A DNA stretch of 64,000 nt from positions 153,630-217,629 of IMG/VR virus record IMGVR_UViG_3300001525_000584, one strand, 5' to 3'. The notes under the pieces are model-generated. The model saw only the letters and a list, made by a program, of their open reading frames with translations. It was not told where the DNA came from and made no database searches. Below, piece by piece: positions 1 to 10,500 of the stretch. The first letter of the stretch is position 1, and each line of letters starts with the position of its first letter. The stretch comes from a virus (Duplodnaviria; Caudoviricetes). The translations under genes were made by a program, and so were the position numbers.

Positions 1-159
1 AGAATGTCAAAACTGCTAAAGAATCTAGGAGCCTCTGAAAATATAGAATCCATAGAGTTTGCACCAGAGTTTATGGATGAGATTAATGAAAAGTGTAAAG
101 TTGCAGTTAATGAAGTTTTTAACAAATATTTAGAAGAGGGTGAAGATGCCGCCTCGTAA
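1..159 (+). CDS. 3' end of hypothetical protein (truncated by window edge)
   Basis: Frame 1 open from base 1 to TAA at 157-159. Confidence 0.5.
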   Translation, partial: RMSKLLKNLGASENIESIEFAPEFMDEINEKCKVAVNEVFNKYLEEGEDAAS

Positions 160-167
160 AATTTTTT

Positions 168-175
168 GCTAAATT
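168..175 (+). promoter_or_regulatory. GCTAAATT motif, putative phage late promoter
   Basis: Recurrent intergenic 8-mer upstream of gene starts. Confidence 0.6.
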
Positions 176-191
176 ATGCAAATTTTATGAG

Positions 192-1286
192 ATGAGGATT
201 TTATTGTATATGATGGATATTTTAGAAGAGATCATTTATTCAGATAAATCAGGCAACTCGTTAACACAGTATGCGTTGCCTGGCGGAACTAAATTTTCTT
301 ATTCTGTATATGATGCGAATGATAATCTTTTAGGCTCCTGGCTCGGAGATGAAGACTTAGGACTTTTGTCTCTTAGAGATTTTAAAAATAGCATTTATTT
401 TGATCGTTTTATAGATTTAGTCAGCGGTGATTTTATAGATGTTGAGCCCAGATCAAAAAAGATTACTGCATCTACATCAAATGCCCGTAAGCCAAAGATT
501 AATCTTTTTAATTTTAAAGATTATGCAAAGGATTATAAGCCACAGGTAAATCATCTTAATATAGAAGATTATACTAGATCAAATACTTTAGTTTTTCATA
601 TGACTGATCCTTCTACTGTTATGTTAAAGCAGATTTATGAAGGCAAAGGCTTTGACGTCGTTACTCAGAGCTCTGTTGCAAAAGAAGATGTTCATAAATT
701 AATGGAGGCTCATGATCGAATTATCTGTTTAGGACATGGAACTTCTTATGGTTTAATAGGTGGGAACATTGGACCAGAAGAAGGCCCCTATTTTAAGAAT
801 AAAAATCTTTTTGTTATTTGGTGTAACGCGGATAGTTACTTTAAGAAAAATTGCCCTGAAGCAAGAGGTAAATTCATCACAGGTAACATGCCTTCTGAAT
901 CCTGGGAGTGTGCATCCGCAGGTTGCGGACATATCTCTGCAGAATTAATGTTGGAAAATATCACATACTGGTCTAAACTTTGTGCTGAAGCTTCTGAACA
1001 GGCTTTAGCAGGAGATGTAGAAGGCGCTGTAGATTATATTAGAAAAAATTATTTGGAACAGTATGGAAACCATCCTGTAACTATTTATAATGCAGAACGC
1101 ACCTCAGGGCTGGGCATGAATAAACCTTTGCCCGAATATGAATTTAAAGGAAAACCTTTAACGCCAAAAGATTTTCCATATCCAGGATTTAATGAAGAAG
1201 AATTTTTGAAGAATCCTGTGCCTTATTCAAAGGGCGGTAAAATGAGCTATTATGAAGAGCTTAATAGTTGGTTGGAAACTTTATGA
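192..1286 (+). CDS. hypothetical protein with possible caspase/CHAT-like (His-Cys) peptidase domain
   Basis: 364-aa ORF; IICLGHG ... FVIWC resembles a caspase-hemoglobinase-fold dyad; true start may be 210. Confidence 0.45.
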   Translation: MRILLYMMDILEEIIYSDKSGNSLTQYALPGGTKFSYSVYDANDNLLGSWLGDEDLGLLSLRDFKNSIYFDRFIDLVSGDFIDVEPRSKKITASTSNARKPKINLFNFKDYAKDYKPQVNHLNIEDYTRSNTLVFHMTDPSTVMLKQIYEGKGFDVVTQSSVAKEDVHKLMEAHDRIICLGHGTSYGLIGGNIGPEEGPYFKNKNLFVIWCNADSYFKKNCPEARGKFITGNMPSESWECASAGCGHISAELMLENITYWSKLCAEASEQALAGDVEGAVDYIRKNYLEQYGNHPVTIYNAERTSGLGMNKPLPEYEFKGKPLTPKDFPYPGFNEEEFLKNPVPYSKGGKMSYYEELNSWLETL

Positions 1287-1534
1287 GTAGAAAATTGTAT
1301 GTTGAGATGTCTGAAGAAGAGTTCTTCGAATACAAACAAAATAATGTACCTTTATTAAAAAGAAGCCCCGAAGAATTAGCTATAGCTTTATTTGATGTGT
1401 TGCGCAACTTAGGAGCTACTGAAACAGCGGGCGTAGAGACTTATTCTGGGCGTGAAGTAACAAAAGCACGTCTTAGAACAGCCCGAGGATATGATATAGA
1501 TTTGTCTATTGTAAAACCAACAAAAGAGGCTTAA
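1283..1534 (+). CDS. hypothetical protein
   Basis: ATG overlaps upstream stop (ATGA). Confidence 0.6.
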   Translation: MSRKLYVEMSEEEFFEYKQNNVPLLKRSPEELAIALFDVLRNLGATETAGVETYSGREVTKARLRTARGYDIDLSIVKPTKEA

Positions 1535-1595
1535 CAGGTACATTATTATTGTATTATATAGATGAAACGTTAAAACAGGGAGGAGGTGATAAAAA

Positions 1596-1811
1596 ATGGC
1601 TATCGTTTATAACAAAGATAAAAATGGTAACACCCTCTCCGTAGACGAGATGATTCGAAAGTTTAAGAAGAAGGTTCAGCAGGAGGGTATTCTGTTGGAA
1701 CTGAAGAAGCGTGAATGTTTCGTTCCGAAGTCTGTAGAAAAGCGAGAAAAGAAGGCAGCAGCGCAGAGACGCACAAAGCTGCAGCAAAGTAAACAGAATA
1801 AGAATCGGTAA
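1596..1811 (+). CDS. rpsU: ribosomal protein bS21
   Basis: 71 aa, basic; SVDEMIRKFKKKVQQEGILLELKKRECFVPKSVEKREKKAAAQRR matches the S21 pattern; strong GGAGGTG SD. Confidence 0.9.
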   Translation: MAIVYNKDKNGNTLSVDEMIRKFKKKVQQEGILLELKKRECFVPKSVEKREKKAAAQRRTKLQQSKQNKNR

Positions 1812-1820
1812 AAGATTCAC

Positions 1821-1853
1821 AGAGGTCGGTAGATAAAAATACCGACCTCCTTT
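1821..1853 (+). terminator. intrinsic terminator after rpsU
   Basis: GAGGTCGGTA...TACCGACCTC hairpin plus short T run. Confidence 0.65.
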
Positions 1854-1881
1854 ACAGAAAATTTTCGAAAGGATTTTTTAT

Positions 1882-2268
1882 ATGACTGACGCAGAACTTT
1901 TTAAACAAATCGTCACGGATATGGCAGAGCTATATGCAAAGAAGAATGCAAATTACGGAAACAGCTTTACAAAGCTTTATGAAGATCTAGGTCCTGTAGC
2001 GGGACTAGTTCCTCTGCATAATAAACTCGATCGGGCAACAAATCTGGTAAAGGGTGGAAAAAATGATTTTGAATCATTAGAAGATACTTTTATCGATTTA
2101 GCAAATTATGCTATTATGAATGTTATCGAGTTGAAGCGTGCTGAGAAGGATACGGCAACGACAACACCTCCGAGGTCTTTTCCTTTTAATGATATGGACG
2201 TGCTTAAGATCAAAAATGGAAAAGTTATCATTAATGAAGATAAGATAACTCTTAAAGCAGAGGGGTGA
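1882..2268 (+). CDS. DUF1599 / nucleotide-modification-associated domain protein
   Basis: KKNANYGNSF ... KLDR ... ESLEDTFIDLANYA motifs. Confidence 0.75.
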   Translation: MTDAELFKQIVTDMAELYAKKNANYGNSFTKLYEDLGPVAGLVPLHNKLDRATNLVKGGKNDFESLEDTFIDLANYAIMNVIELKRAEKDTATTTPPRSFPFNDMDVLKIKNGKVIINEDKITLKAEG

Positions 2269-2271
2269 TTT

Positions 2272-2799
2272 ATGAACGTTTATTTAGCTGGACCTATTTT
2301 TACTGAACGTGATCGGATGTATTTAGATTATCTCTATGAGCATCTGGTCTCTATTCTCCCCGAAGACACTTCTATTTATGTACCGCATCGTAATAAATCT
2401 ATTAATGATAAGACGAAGTGCGCAACTTCATACGACGTATACTGGGGTGATTATAATAGATTAAAGGAAACAGATCTTTTAATCGCAGTAGTCAGTGGTG
2501 ACATGCCTCCGATCGGAACAACTTGCGAAATTGGGATCTTTACCCAGATGATTGATGCAGATCCGCATAAAAAACTTTTCTGCCTTTATGATGATTGCAG
2601 AGAAGGTTATATGACATGTCAGGGCGATGTGGGGCAACAGAAACTTGCAGCTATGCAAAAAGAACCTGGAGAAAATCAGATGAGTTATATCAACATTTTC
2701 TTAACAGGAGCTATTAAGACACATGGCAAACTGGCCTGCACCAGTGAAGAACTCTTTAAGATGTTGGCAGAAGAATATAGGAGTAACTATGGCAAATAA
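2272..2799 (+). CDS. nucleoside 2-deoxyribosyltransferase / nucleotide N-glycosidase family protein
   Basis: VYLAGPIF, YVPH, D...L..D, GTTCEIG motifs. Confidence 0.8.
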   Translation: MNVYLAGPIFTERDRMYLDYLYEHLVSILPEDTSIYVPHRNKSINDKTKCATSYDVYWGDYNRLKETDLLIAVVSGDMPPIGTTCEIGIFTQMIDADPHKKLFCLYDDCREGYMTCQGDVGQQKLAAMQKEPGENQMSYINIFLTGAIKTHGKLACTSEELFKMLAEEYRSNYGK

Positions 2800-4063
2800 T
2801 AAGTTACTCTATGATATTAATGATAAGCCTAAAAAGTGGTATGAATGGATTATTTATCCGCTGCAACAGGTTTTTGCAGTATTCGTAGCAACTGTATTAA
2901 TCTCTAATATTTGTGGTACGCCAGTCAGTTCTTGTTTATTTGGAGCAGGTTTAGGAACCATTATTTATCAGATTATCACCGGCTTTAAATCACCTATGTT
3001 CATCAGTTCGTGTGGAGCTACGGTGAGCGCTGTTTGCGGTGCTTTGGCTTTAAATGAAACAGGTGATAATTATTTAATGGTGTGCTGCGGCGGACTTATT
3101 ATTTTACTTATCTATGCTATTTTCGCTTTTGTCGTAAAGAAGCTGGGCATGGAGGCTCTTAATAAGATTTTCCCTCCTTCGATCGTTGGTGCTGTGACGA
3201 TGGTCATCGGATTAAATCTAGCCACTTTTATTTTCAGTTATGTAAACGGCGATTCAGCATCGGGCACTGTTCCTGTAGTACCAACTTTAATAGCTATTTT
3301 CACCATGTTAATAGCAGCGTTAACTGCACATTATGGAAAAGGCTTTTTGAAGAATATCCCTTTTCTTATTGCTTTAATTGCAGGATATATTTTGGCTCTA
3401 TGTTGCGGTAAAGTTTCTTTTGATGCTTTTTCTAATTTACAGTGGTATCCTGACTTTACTTTTCTAAAGTGGTCCACTGAGGACTGGTCTTTAGTTAACT
3501 TAGGTAAAACAACACTATATTTTGTTCCGGTAGCTGTTTGTGCTTTATTAGAGCATTATAGTGATCATAAAGTTTTATCTAATATTATTGGAACAGATTT
3601 AACAAAAACACCTGGGCTGCATAAAACGCTTTTAGGTGATGGTGTGGCTTCAGCTGTAGGCGCTGCAGTATGTGGTTTGCCAAACACTTCTTATGGCGAA
3701 AGCATTGCAACAACAGGATTTTCTAGAGTGGCTTCAACAGCTGTTATCACAGTAGCTGCTTTAATTATTATGGCATTATCTTTTATAGCACCTGTTGGAG
3801 CTTTTATTCAAACCATCCCGTCCTGTGTCTTTGGTGGATGTGCTATGATTTTATATGGTTATATCGCATCATCGGGACTGAAGACATTAGTAAATAATAA
3901 AATCGATTTAGAGAACACAAAAAATCTAATTATCGTATCTGTAGTATTAACTGTAGGCGTTAGTGGTATTTATTTATTTGATGCAGCTTTTGCTGGAGTT
4001 TCTTTAGCCATGGTATTAGGCATGATTCTAAATCTGATTCTAAGAGATAAAAAGACTGTATAA
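2789..4063 (+). CDS. uracil/xanthine permease (NCS2/UraA family)
   Basis: Multi-TM protein; LQQVFA, FPPSIVGAV, LLGDG, PNTSYGES signature; start reassigned to ATG 2789 after AGGAG. Confidence 0.88.
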   Translation: MANNKLLYDINDKPKKWYEWIIYPLQQVFAVFVATVLISNICGTPVSSCLFGAGLGTIIYQIITGFKSPMFISSCGATVSAVCGALALNETGDNYLMVCCGGLIILLIYAIFAFVVKKLGMEALNKIFPPSIVGAVTMVIGLNLATFIFSYVNGDSASGTVPVVPTLIAIFTMLIAALTAHYGKGFLKNIPFLIALIAGYILALCCGKVSFDAFSNLQWYPDFTFLKWSTEDWSLVNLGKTTLYFVPVAVCALLEHYSDHKVLSNIIGTDLTKTPGLHKTLLGDGVASAVGAAVCGLPNTSYGESIATTGFSRVASTAVITVAALIIMALSFIAPVGAFIQTIPSCVFGGCAMILYGYIASSGLKTLVNNKIDLENTKNLIIVSVVLTVGVSGIYLFDAAFAGVSLAMVLGMILNLILRDKKTV

Positions 4064-4077
4064 AATTTTATAAAAAT

Positions 4078-4110
4078 AGACCGGCTCTGATAATAGGAGC
4101 GGGTCTTTTT
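4078..4110 (+). terminator. intrinsic terminator
   Basis: AGACCGGCTC/GAGCGGGTCT hairpin followed by T tract. Confidence 0.7.
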
Positions 4111-4115
4111 TGTTT

Positions 4116-4123
4116 GCTAAATT
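4116..4123 (+). promoter_or_regulatory. GCTAAATT putative late promoter
   Basis: Directly after terminator, before structural block. Confidence 0.65.
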
Positions 4124-4154
4124 AGTCATATTAAAGGGTTACGAGGTGTAAAAA

Positions 4155-4640
4155 ATGTCAAAAGACATGTTTTATAATTATGACAACGAATATCTCAGAA
4201 ACAAAAAAGAATACCCTGAAGCTCCTACCATAAATACACCCTACACCTTAAATAGCCCGAGCAGCGCTGCTATTATAAAGGATGTCAGAGGAGATGAAAC
4301 AGGTATTAGAGCTTATGCCGGACAAAATATAGATTTATATTTTCATATAATGGGAACTATAATAGATGAAGACGGAGATGTATTAAGTCCTGCAGATTAT
4401 TTTCAACAGGGCACTTTTCTTTTCAAACTTTTAGATTCATCTAATAGAGTGATGTATACTTTAGAAGTTCCTGGCGATGCTATAGATGATTGCGGAGTGC
4501 TATGTATTAGTTTGTCTGGAAAAGATTTAATAGAAAAAGAGATTAAAAAAGATATATATAGAATTAGAGTTGAGGCTGTATCCGATGAAGAGTCCTGCCC
4601 TATTTTTTATGAAAATGATTCTTTTATCAACTTCATCTAA
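4155..4640 (+). CDS. hypothetical, probable virion/baseplate accessory protein
   Basis: ORF with SD; acidic, beta-rich; position in structural block. Confidence 0.5.
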   Translation: MSKDMFYNYDNEYLRNKKEYPEAPTINTPYTLNSPSSAAIIKDVRGDETGIRAYAGQNIDLYFHIMGTIIDEDGDVLSPADYFQQGTFLFKLLDSSNRVMYTLEVPGDAIDDCGVLCISLSGKDLIEKEIKKDIYRIRVEAVSDEESCPIFYENDSFINFI

Positions 4641-4658
4641 AAGGAGAAAAAATAGTAT

Positions 4659-5159
4659 ATGGCAAAACAGTTTAAATTAAATACAGCTTTATCTTTAGAA
4701 TATCCTGATAATATAATCCCTATAGGATCCTGTATTAAAAGAGGGGAAACTTTTGAATACTCTTTATCTGATTTTGATTTTGATAAATTAACGCAGTTAT
4801 CGATCTCTGTGGGACAAAATGGTATCGTTAATAGATATGATTTATATAATGCAGAAGGCGCTTTGGATAATGTGCATTTTTATCAAAAAGGAGATGAATG
4901 GTATTTTTATCTAAAAGCTTCTGAAACGTCTTCTTTTATAGCTTCTGAAGGTTATGAAGAGATGGTAACTTTAGAGATCGCAGAAACATCTAATAATGAA
5001 TATGGAAAAGAACAGGTAAATATTTTTGATCCTATAGCTTTTTGGATCTTCGACAGTTTATATAGTAGCAAAGCCTCTGCTGGTGGTGGAACTGTAACAC
5101 AGAATGCTATAGTTTCTGAAGTATTATACTGTTCTGATAATTTGGTTTGTCAGGAGTAA
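4659..5159 (+). CDS. hypothetical, probable structural protein (BppU-like start IKRGETF)
   Basis: ORF with SD; context. Confidence 0.45.
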   Translation: MAKQFKLNTALSLEYPDNIIPIGSCIKRGETFEYSLSDFDFDKLTQLSISVGQNGIVNRYDLYNAEGALDNVHFYQKGDEWYFYLKASETSSFIASEGYEEMVTLEIAETSNNEYGKEQVNIFDPIAFWIFDSLYSSKASAGGGTVTQNAIVSEVLYCSDNLVCQE

Positions 5160-5183
5160 AGAGAAAAAGGGGAGGAGTTTTTC

Positions 5184-7040
5184 ATGGCCTATACAAAGAC
5201 AACGTGGAAAAATAATACAACAAAATTAAATGCCACTAACATGAATCACATAGAACAGGGCATTGCAGATGCTTTTGCAGAGATAAATAAAAATACAGCT
5301 GCTATAGAGAAGAAACAGGATTTAACAACCTTTAAAACTATTAATGGAGAAGTCGTCACGGGCACAGGAGATATAAAGACTTTAGATGCAGATGCTTTAT
5401 CAAATTATTATGATAAAGAAGAAGTAAATAGTCTTTTAAAGTCTGAAGAACCTTTTACTGTTAATGGCGAAGAAGTTGTAGGACCTGAGGTTAGATTAAA
5501 TGCAAACGCAGCTTATGAATTATCCGGAGTGCTGCATGGGCATATTATTATAACAGGCGCAGACAAAGAAAACACACAGATTATTTTTAATAATGTAACT
5601 ATTAAATCTGATGTTGCTCAGGCTTTTTATTGTGATCAGGCAAAATCACGAACTGTTATCACTTTATTTGAAAACACTAAAAACTATATAGAAACGCCTG
5701 CTATAGAATGTTCTGCAGATAATTCCGAAGGTGCTTTACAGGCTGAAGATAAACTGATTATAGTTTCTGGAGAAAATTCTGAGTTGCATGTAAAAGCTCC
5801 GGGTCTAAATCAACATGCTATTAAGGGCAGTAAACTTTTGTTAAATGGTGTCGGCAGTATTTTTGTAGAAGCAGGGCATGACGGTTTTCATGGTGGAAAA
5901 TTATTAAGAATCGATTCAGGTAATTATTTTGTCATTAGTGCTGCAGTAGATGCTATAGAAGCAAAGCTGGTTCAGATTTTAGGTGGAAACATTCGTGTAT
6001 ATAAATATGGAAAAACAGGCAACGCGATTAGCTCAAAAGAATCTGAAGGTTTAATAGCCGGCAGTCCTATTTTTGATTTAGTAGGAGATGAAGTACAGGC
6101 TATGCAGCATTTTAATAACATGAAGTGCTTAGACATAGTAGAAAATGCTCCTGAGAACTGTCCTAAAGTTACCTGTGAAGAATATTTTGGTGTTGCAGAA
6201 GTTTATGAATCCGCACAAAAAGTTAATAAAGATACAGAGTACGGCGACTCTGATGGTTTCCCTACGCAGGGTTGGTTTGACAGCTCTAAAACTGCAAAAT
6301 TAGAACCTGACGCAAGCGGTAACTACACGTGCACAAAACAGTATATATATACAAAAGGATATGTACCTGGGTGTATTATAGCAACTGTGGCAAAAACTAA
6401 ATATTATTTAGATAACACTTATATTAAAGGTGGTAGCGTCGAGTTGCCTGAAACTTCTGAAATTGTTAACGTAGGTGTTTGGTATCATCCTGATTCTTTA
6501 TCTGGTAAATTAGAAGTAAAGGGTAAAGAAAATTCTGTTAACTATTTTGAAGGTTCTGATTATGGTATGTTATCTGATCGAGCTATAGGAGTGCAGGAGG
6601 ATGCGAATTATATCTTCAGCAGTCCTGCAACAGCTGTAAAGACGAGCCGTTTAACAAATAGCTATATCTTTACAAAAGGTGATGGTTGTAAAATCTTTAA
6701 TGGTAAAGTTGCTATAGATTCTGCAGAGATTTTCTTTAGTACAGATGGATTAGATGATGAAGATTTACCTAATGTATTTGAGATCGATCCTATTATAGCT
6801 AAAGGCACTTTAAAAGCAAATAAGGCCATTTATATACCCTATTCGCAAATAGGTGCATGCATTTTAGATACTTATGATACACGGGATTTGATTAAATTTG
6901 ATTTACCTGGCTTTATAACAACACAGCCTGAAAAAGCACAGGTTATTATAGAAAATAAAAAAGAATTATTAAATAGTCTTAGAGAAAAAATCTATGAATT
7001 ATCTGATACTTTAGATAAATTTATGGCAAATAAATCATAA
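5184..7040 (+). CDS. tail-associated protein with beta-helical carbohydrate-binding domain
   Basis: N-terminal MAYTKTTW...LNATNMNHIEQGI phage fibre anchor motif; later beta-helix-like repeats (YELSGVLHGHIII, IIFNNVTI, GHDGFHG). Confidence 0.6.
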   Translation: MAYTKTTWKNNTTKLNATNMNHIEQGIADAFAEINKNTAAIEKKQDLTTFKTINGEVVTGTGDIKTLDADALSNYYDKEEVNSLLKSEEPFTVNGEEVVGPEVRLNANAAYELSGVLHGHIIITGADKENTQIIFNNVTIKSDVAQAFYCDQAKSRTVITLFENTKNYIETPAIECSADNSEGALQAEDKLIIVSGENSELHVKAPGLNQHAIKGSKLLLNGVGSIFVEAGHDGFHGGKLLRIDSGNYFVISAAVDAIEAKLVQILGGNIRVYKYGKTGNAISSKESEGLIAGSPIFDLVGDEVQAMQHFNNMKCLDIVENAPENCPKVTCEEYFGVAEVYESAQKVNKDTEYGDSDGFPTQGWFDSSKTAKLEPDASGNYTCTKQYIYTKGYVPGCIIATVAKTKYYLDNTYIKGGSVELPETSEIVNVGVWYHPDSLSGKLEVKGKENSVNYFEGSDYGMLSDRAIGVQEDANYIFSSPATAVKTSRLTNSYIFTKGDGCKIFNGKVAIDSAEIFFSTDGLDDEDLPNVFEIDPIIAKGTLKANKAIYIPYSQIGACILDTYDTRDLIKFDLPGFITTQPEKAQVIIENKKELLNSLREKIYELSDTLDKFMANKS

Positions 7041-7115
7041 TTTATAAATACTGTTTTCCTTTAAAGCTGGGGTCTTTTGCAACCCCAGCGATTTTTTTAC
7101 CTATAAAATCCCTTT

Positions 7116-7123
7116 GCTAAATT
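7116..7123 (+). promoter_or_regulatory. GCTAAATT putative late promoter
   Basis: Follows hairpin terminator at 7066-7098. Confidence 0.65.
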
Positions 7124-7154
7124 AGAAAAATTAACGATGTAGGAGGCAGAATAA

Positions 7155-7523
7155 ATGCCTGCAAATATAATCGCGATAAATAGAGGTGATACATACGCCT
7201 TTAATTTGACCATTAATGATGACAGCGCAGAGGACGGTATTTATAGATTAGTGGAGAATGATGCAGTTTATTTTGGCTTAATGGACCCTGGTCAACCCTT
7301 TGAAGAGGCATTAGTTAAAAAGAAGTTAACTGCAGAATCTCCTGAAGTAGATGAATCTGGAAACATTATCTTTATGATAAATCCTGAAGATACTTTAGAT
7401 CTACTGCCTGGGCGATATTTTTATATGATAAAGTTAAAAATGGATCACTATGATGAAGATTCAAATCCAGTAAAGGAGGTTAGAACGATCGTAAATAAAA
7501 CAAAATTTGTTATTTATGATTAA
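7155..7523 (+). CDS. BppU-like baseplate/fibre attachment protein
   Basis: INRGDT...INPEDTLDLLPGRYFY pattern. Confidence 0.55.
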   Translation: MPANIIAINRGDTYAFNLTINDDSAEDGIYRLVENDAVYFGLMDPGQPFEEALVKKKLTAESPEVDESGNIIFMINPEDTLDLLPGRYFYMIKLKMDHYDEDSNPVKEVRTIVNKTKFVIYD

Positions 7524-7531
7524 AGAAGTTT

Positions 7532-10500
7532 ATGGCGAATATACCAAATAAATTTCCTAATATATCCGGCAGTATTTCGAGCCACGGCAGTGTTACTGGG
7601 TCTATATCTTCAGGTGGGGGCACTAGTGACCACAACAGGCTAAAAAATAGAGATTTAGCCGATCAGCACCCTATAGAAGCTATAACAGGCTTACAGGATT
7701 TATTAGACAGTAAAGTATCTGAAGATGAGATTTTACCTCTTATTAACGATGCAGCAAAAAGTAAAGCGCGGGGCTTATACTATGATGCGCGTGGAGAATT
7801 ATCCAGAGATAAAAAATCATACTGGTATTTAACTTCTGATATAGATGCTATTACGAAGCAGGGAACTAAAGAATCTGTTATCTCAGGCCCTTATAACTTA
7901 GGAGCAGGCGGTGGTGGATCGAGCCCGAGCATCACAACAGTTACTTTAACTAAAGTTACCTGGCCTACTAATGTATCTGTAGGCGGAGAATGTATCGTTA
8001 CTATAAACTGGACTTCTATTAGAGATGATCAGCCTACAGGTCGTGGTACTATTCAGTGTTTTAATAATGGAAAACTTATTGAAACAAAAACCGCAGCTCA
8101 GGGAAACGTTTCTTTTGATTTAACCTCTTCTATTATATCTGGTGAAAATAAAATCGAATTCAAAGTAACGGATGCTTATGGCAGCTCTAAAAACTTAATA
8201 GATATCATTACAGGCATCTCTTTACTTTTAACATCTTATTTTGATGCTAATGCAGAGTTTTCAGGCCCTATAGCCTATATCTATACACCTTTTGGTGATA
8301 TAGCAAAAACGATGCATTTTATTTTAGACGGCGCAGAGTTACCGGGTTCAGAGATTATCACAGCTTCTGGTGAACAGCAAACAAAAATTATATCTGCACA
8401 AGCACATGGCAGTCACACTTTACAGGTATATTTTACAGTAACTATAGAAGGTGAAGAGATTAAATCTAATGAGCTATATTATGATTTAATTTGCTTTGAA
8501 GAAGGTGATTTAACACCTATAATCGCATCTACTTTTATTAACGACTCTGAACATGAACAGTATATACCCTTTAACGTAGTGTATAGAGTTTATACGCCAG
8601 GACAAAATAATTCTAATGTTTATTTGTATGTAGATGGTGTTCCTGTTTATACAGATGAATATGGAAACCCCTCTTATATCAACGTAGATAAAAATGAGCA
8701 GAGCTGGGAGGTTTCTTCAGATGTTATAGGAAACCACACTCTGCAAATAGTTTCAGGCAGTGCTGAAAAATCATTTACTTTTCATATTTATAAAAGTACC
8801 GTAGATGTAACCCCGGTAACGGATTCTTTGGAACTTTATTTAGGAACAGAAAATCGTAACAACCAGGAGCCCTTAGAAAAAAGAAAACAGTGGAACTATA
8901 CAGGAACTAGTGGTACCATAGAAGGCTCTTTAGAGAATTTTAACTGGCAGTCAAATGGCTGGGTTCTAGATGATGAAAATAAAACTGTTTTGAGATTATC
9001 CGGGGATGCTCGGGCAACTATTCATTTTAAACCTTTTTCAAAAGATTTTACAAACACAGGTAAAACTATAGAATTTGAGATTGCAACACGCGATGTAAAA
9101 GATTATGAAGAACGAATCATCAGTTGTTTGGATGGTGCAGATTCTATAAGTCATTCTATAAACTATGCAGGAGAAGATACACGTACTAAAAAGTTTATAG
9201 TAACAAATATATCTTTAGATTCTTTTGCAGAAGCTGTTCAAAGCACTAAAGGCACTTATGCGTTTATTTATAATAATGGTCAGTGGAACCTAAATGATGA
9301 TTATTATAGTACAGAAGATTTAACATCTGTTTTTGGCATCTCTATAGAAACGCAGGACTTAGACCCCGATAATACAACTGAAACAGAATACTTTTTAGAT
9401 AATGATCGTATTTTAATTTATTATGTTGTTTCAGGACGTGGTTTTTATATCACGCCACAAATAGCACGTTTACAGTCTCAGGCAGCTTCTTTATCGACGC
9501 AGTATAAAGAAGATGATAAAGTGCGTATCTCTTATGTTGTTGAAAAGTCAACTTATGGGACACGCCTGATGTTCATGTATATTAACGGCATTTTATCTGG
9601 TGTCAGTAGATACAGTGAAACAGATTCATTTGCACAAACACCTGCACAGGAGATCGTATTAGGATCAAACAAAGCGACTTTAGATGTATATAATATCAGA
9701 ATTTATAATAACGATTTAACGCGTAGACAAATAGTTAATAACTGGATCGCAGATACAAAAGATGCAGCTCTAAAAGCTCAGAGATATAGGCATAACGATG
9801 TTTATAATAATGAAACAGGACAAATCACTAAAGAGAAAATTTTAGCTATAGGTAACATCCCTTATTTAACTTTAGAAGGTGATGATTTACCGAAGCAGAA
9901 AAAAGATCGTAAATGGATGAGTATCTCTTATGTGGATCCAGTATATTCAGATCGAAGCTTTACAGCAGATGATGCACGTGTAGATGTGCAAGGAACTTCT
10001 TCACAGTATTATTATAAAAAGAATTTTAAAATTAAATATGAAAATGGTTTCTATGATAATAATCTGAACTGGTCTGAACATTATAAGCTCAGAGGTGAGG
10101 ATTCTAAAAAAGAGAAAACATTTACCTATAAAGCCGATGTTGCTTCTTCAGAAGGTGCTAATAACGTTGTACTGGTTCGTTATTTTGAAGATTCTAAAAA
10201 CTGGTTTTCACCGCCAGAGATGGAACCCGATGAAGATTTAGGTACTTCTGATTCTAAAAAGAGAATTAGAGTTGGTATAGACGGTTTACCTATAGTTGCG
10301 TTCCACCAGGATAAGTTCTATGGTAAAATGAACTTTAACAACGATAAAGGAAACAGTCGTACTTATGGCTTTACAGACGGAGATGAGTGCTGGGAGTTTT
10401 TGCATAACTCTTCAAACTTAGTATTATTTAAAACGGATGATTTAGAGTCTATAAATCCTGCAACAGGTAAAAAGATGTGGGAGGAGTCCTTCGAATCTCG

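Noticed and set aside
2723-2788. Longer N-terminus for the permease
   Set aside because: Deep overlap with the upstream gene; ATG 2789 has a proper AGGAG SD.
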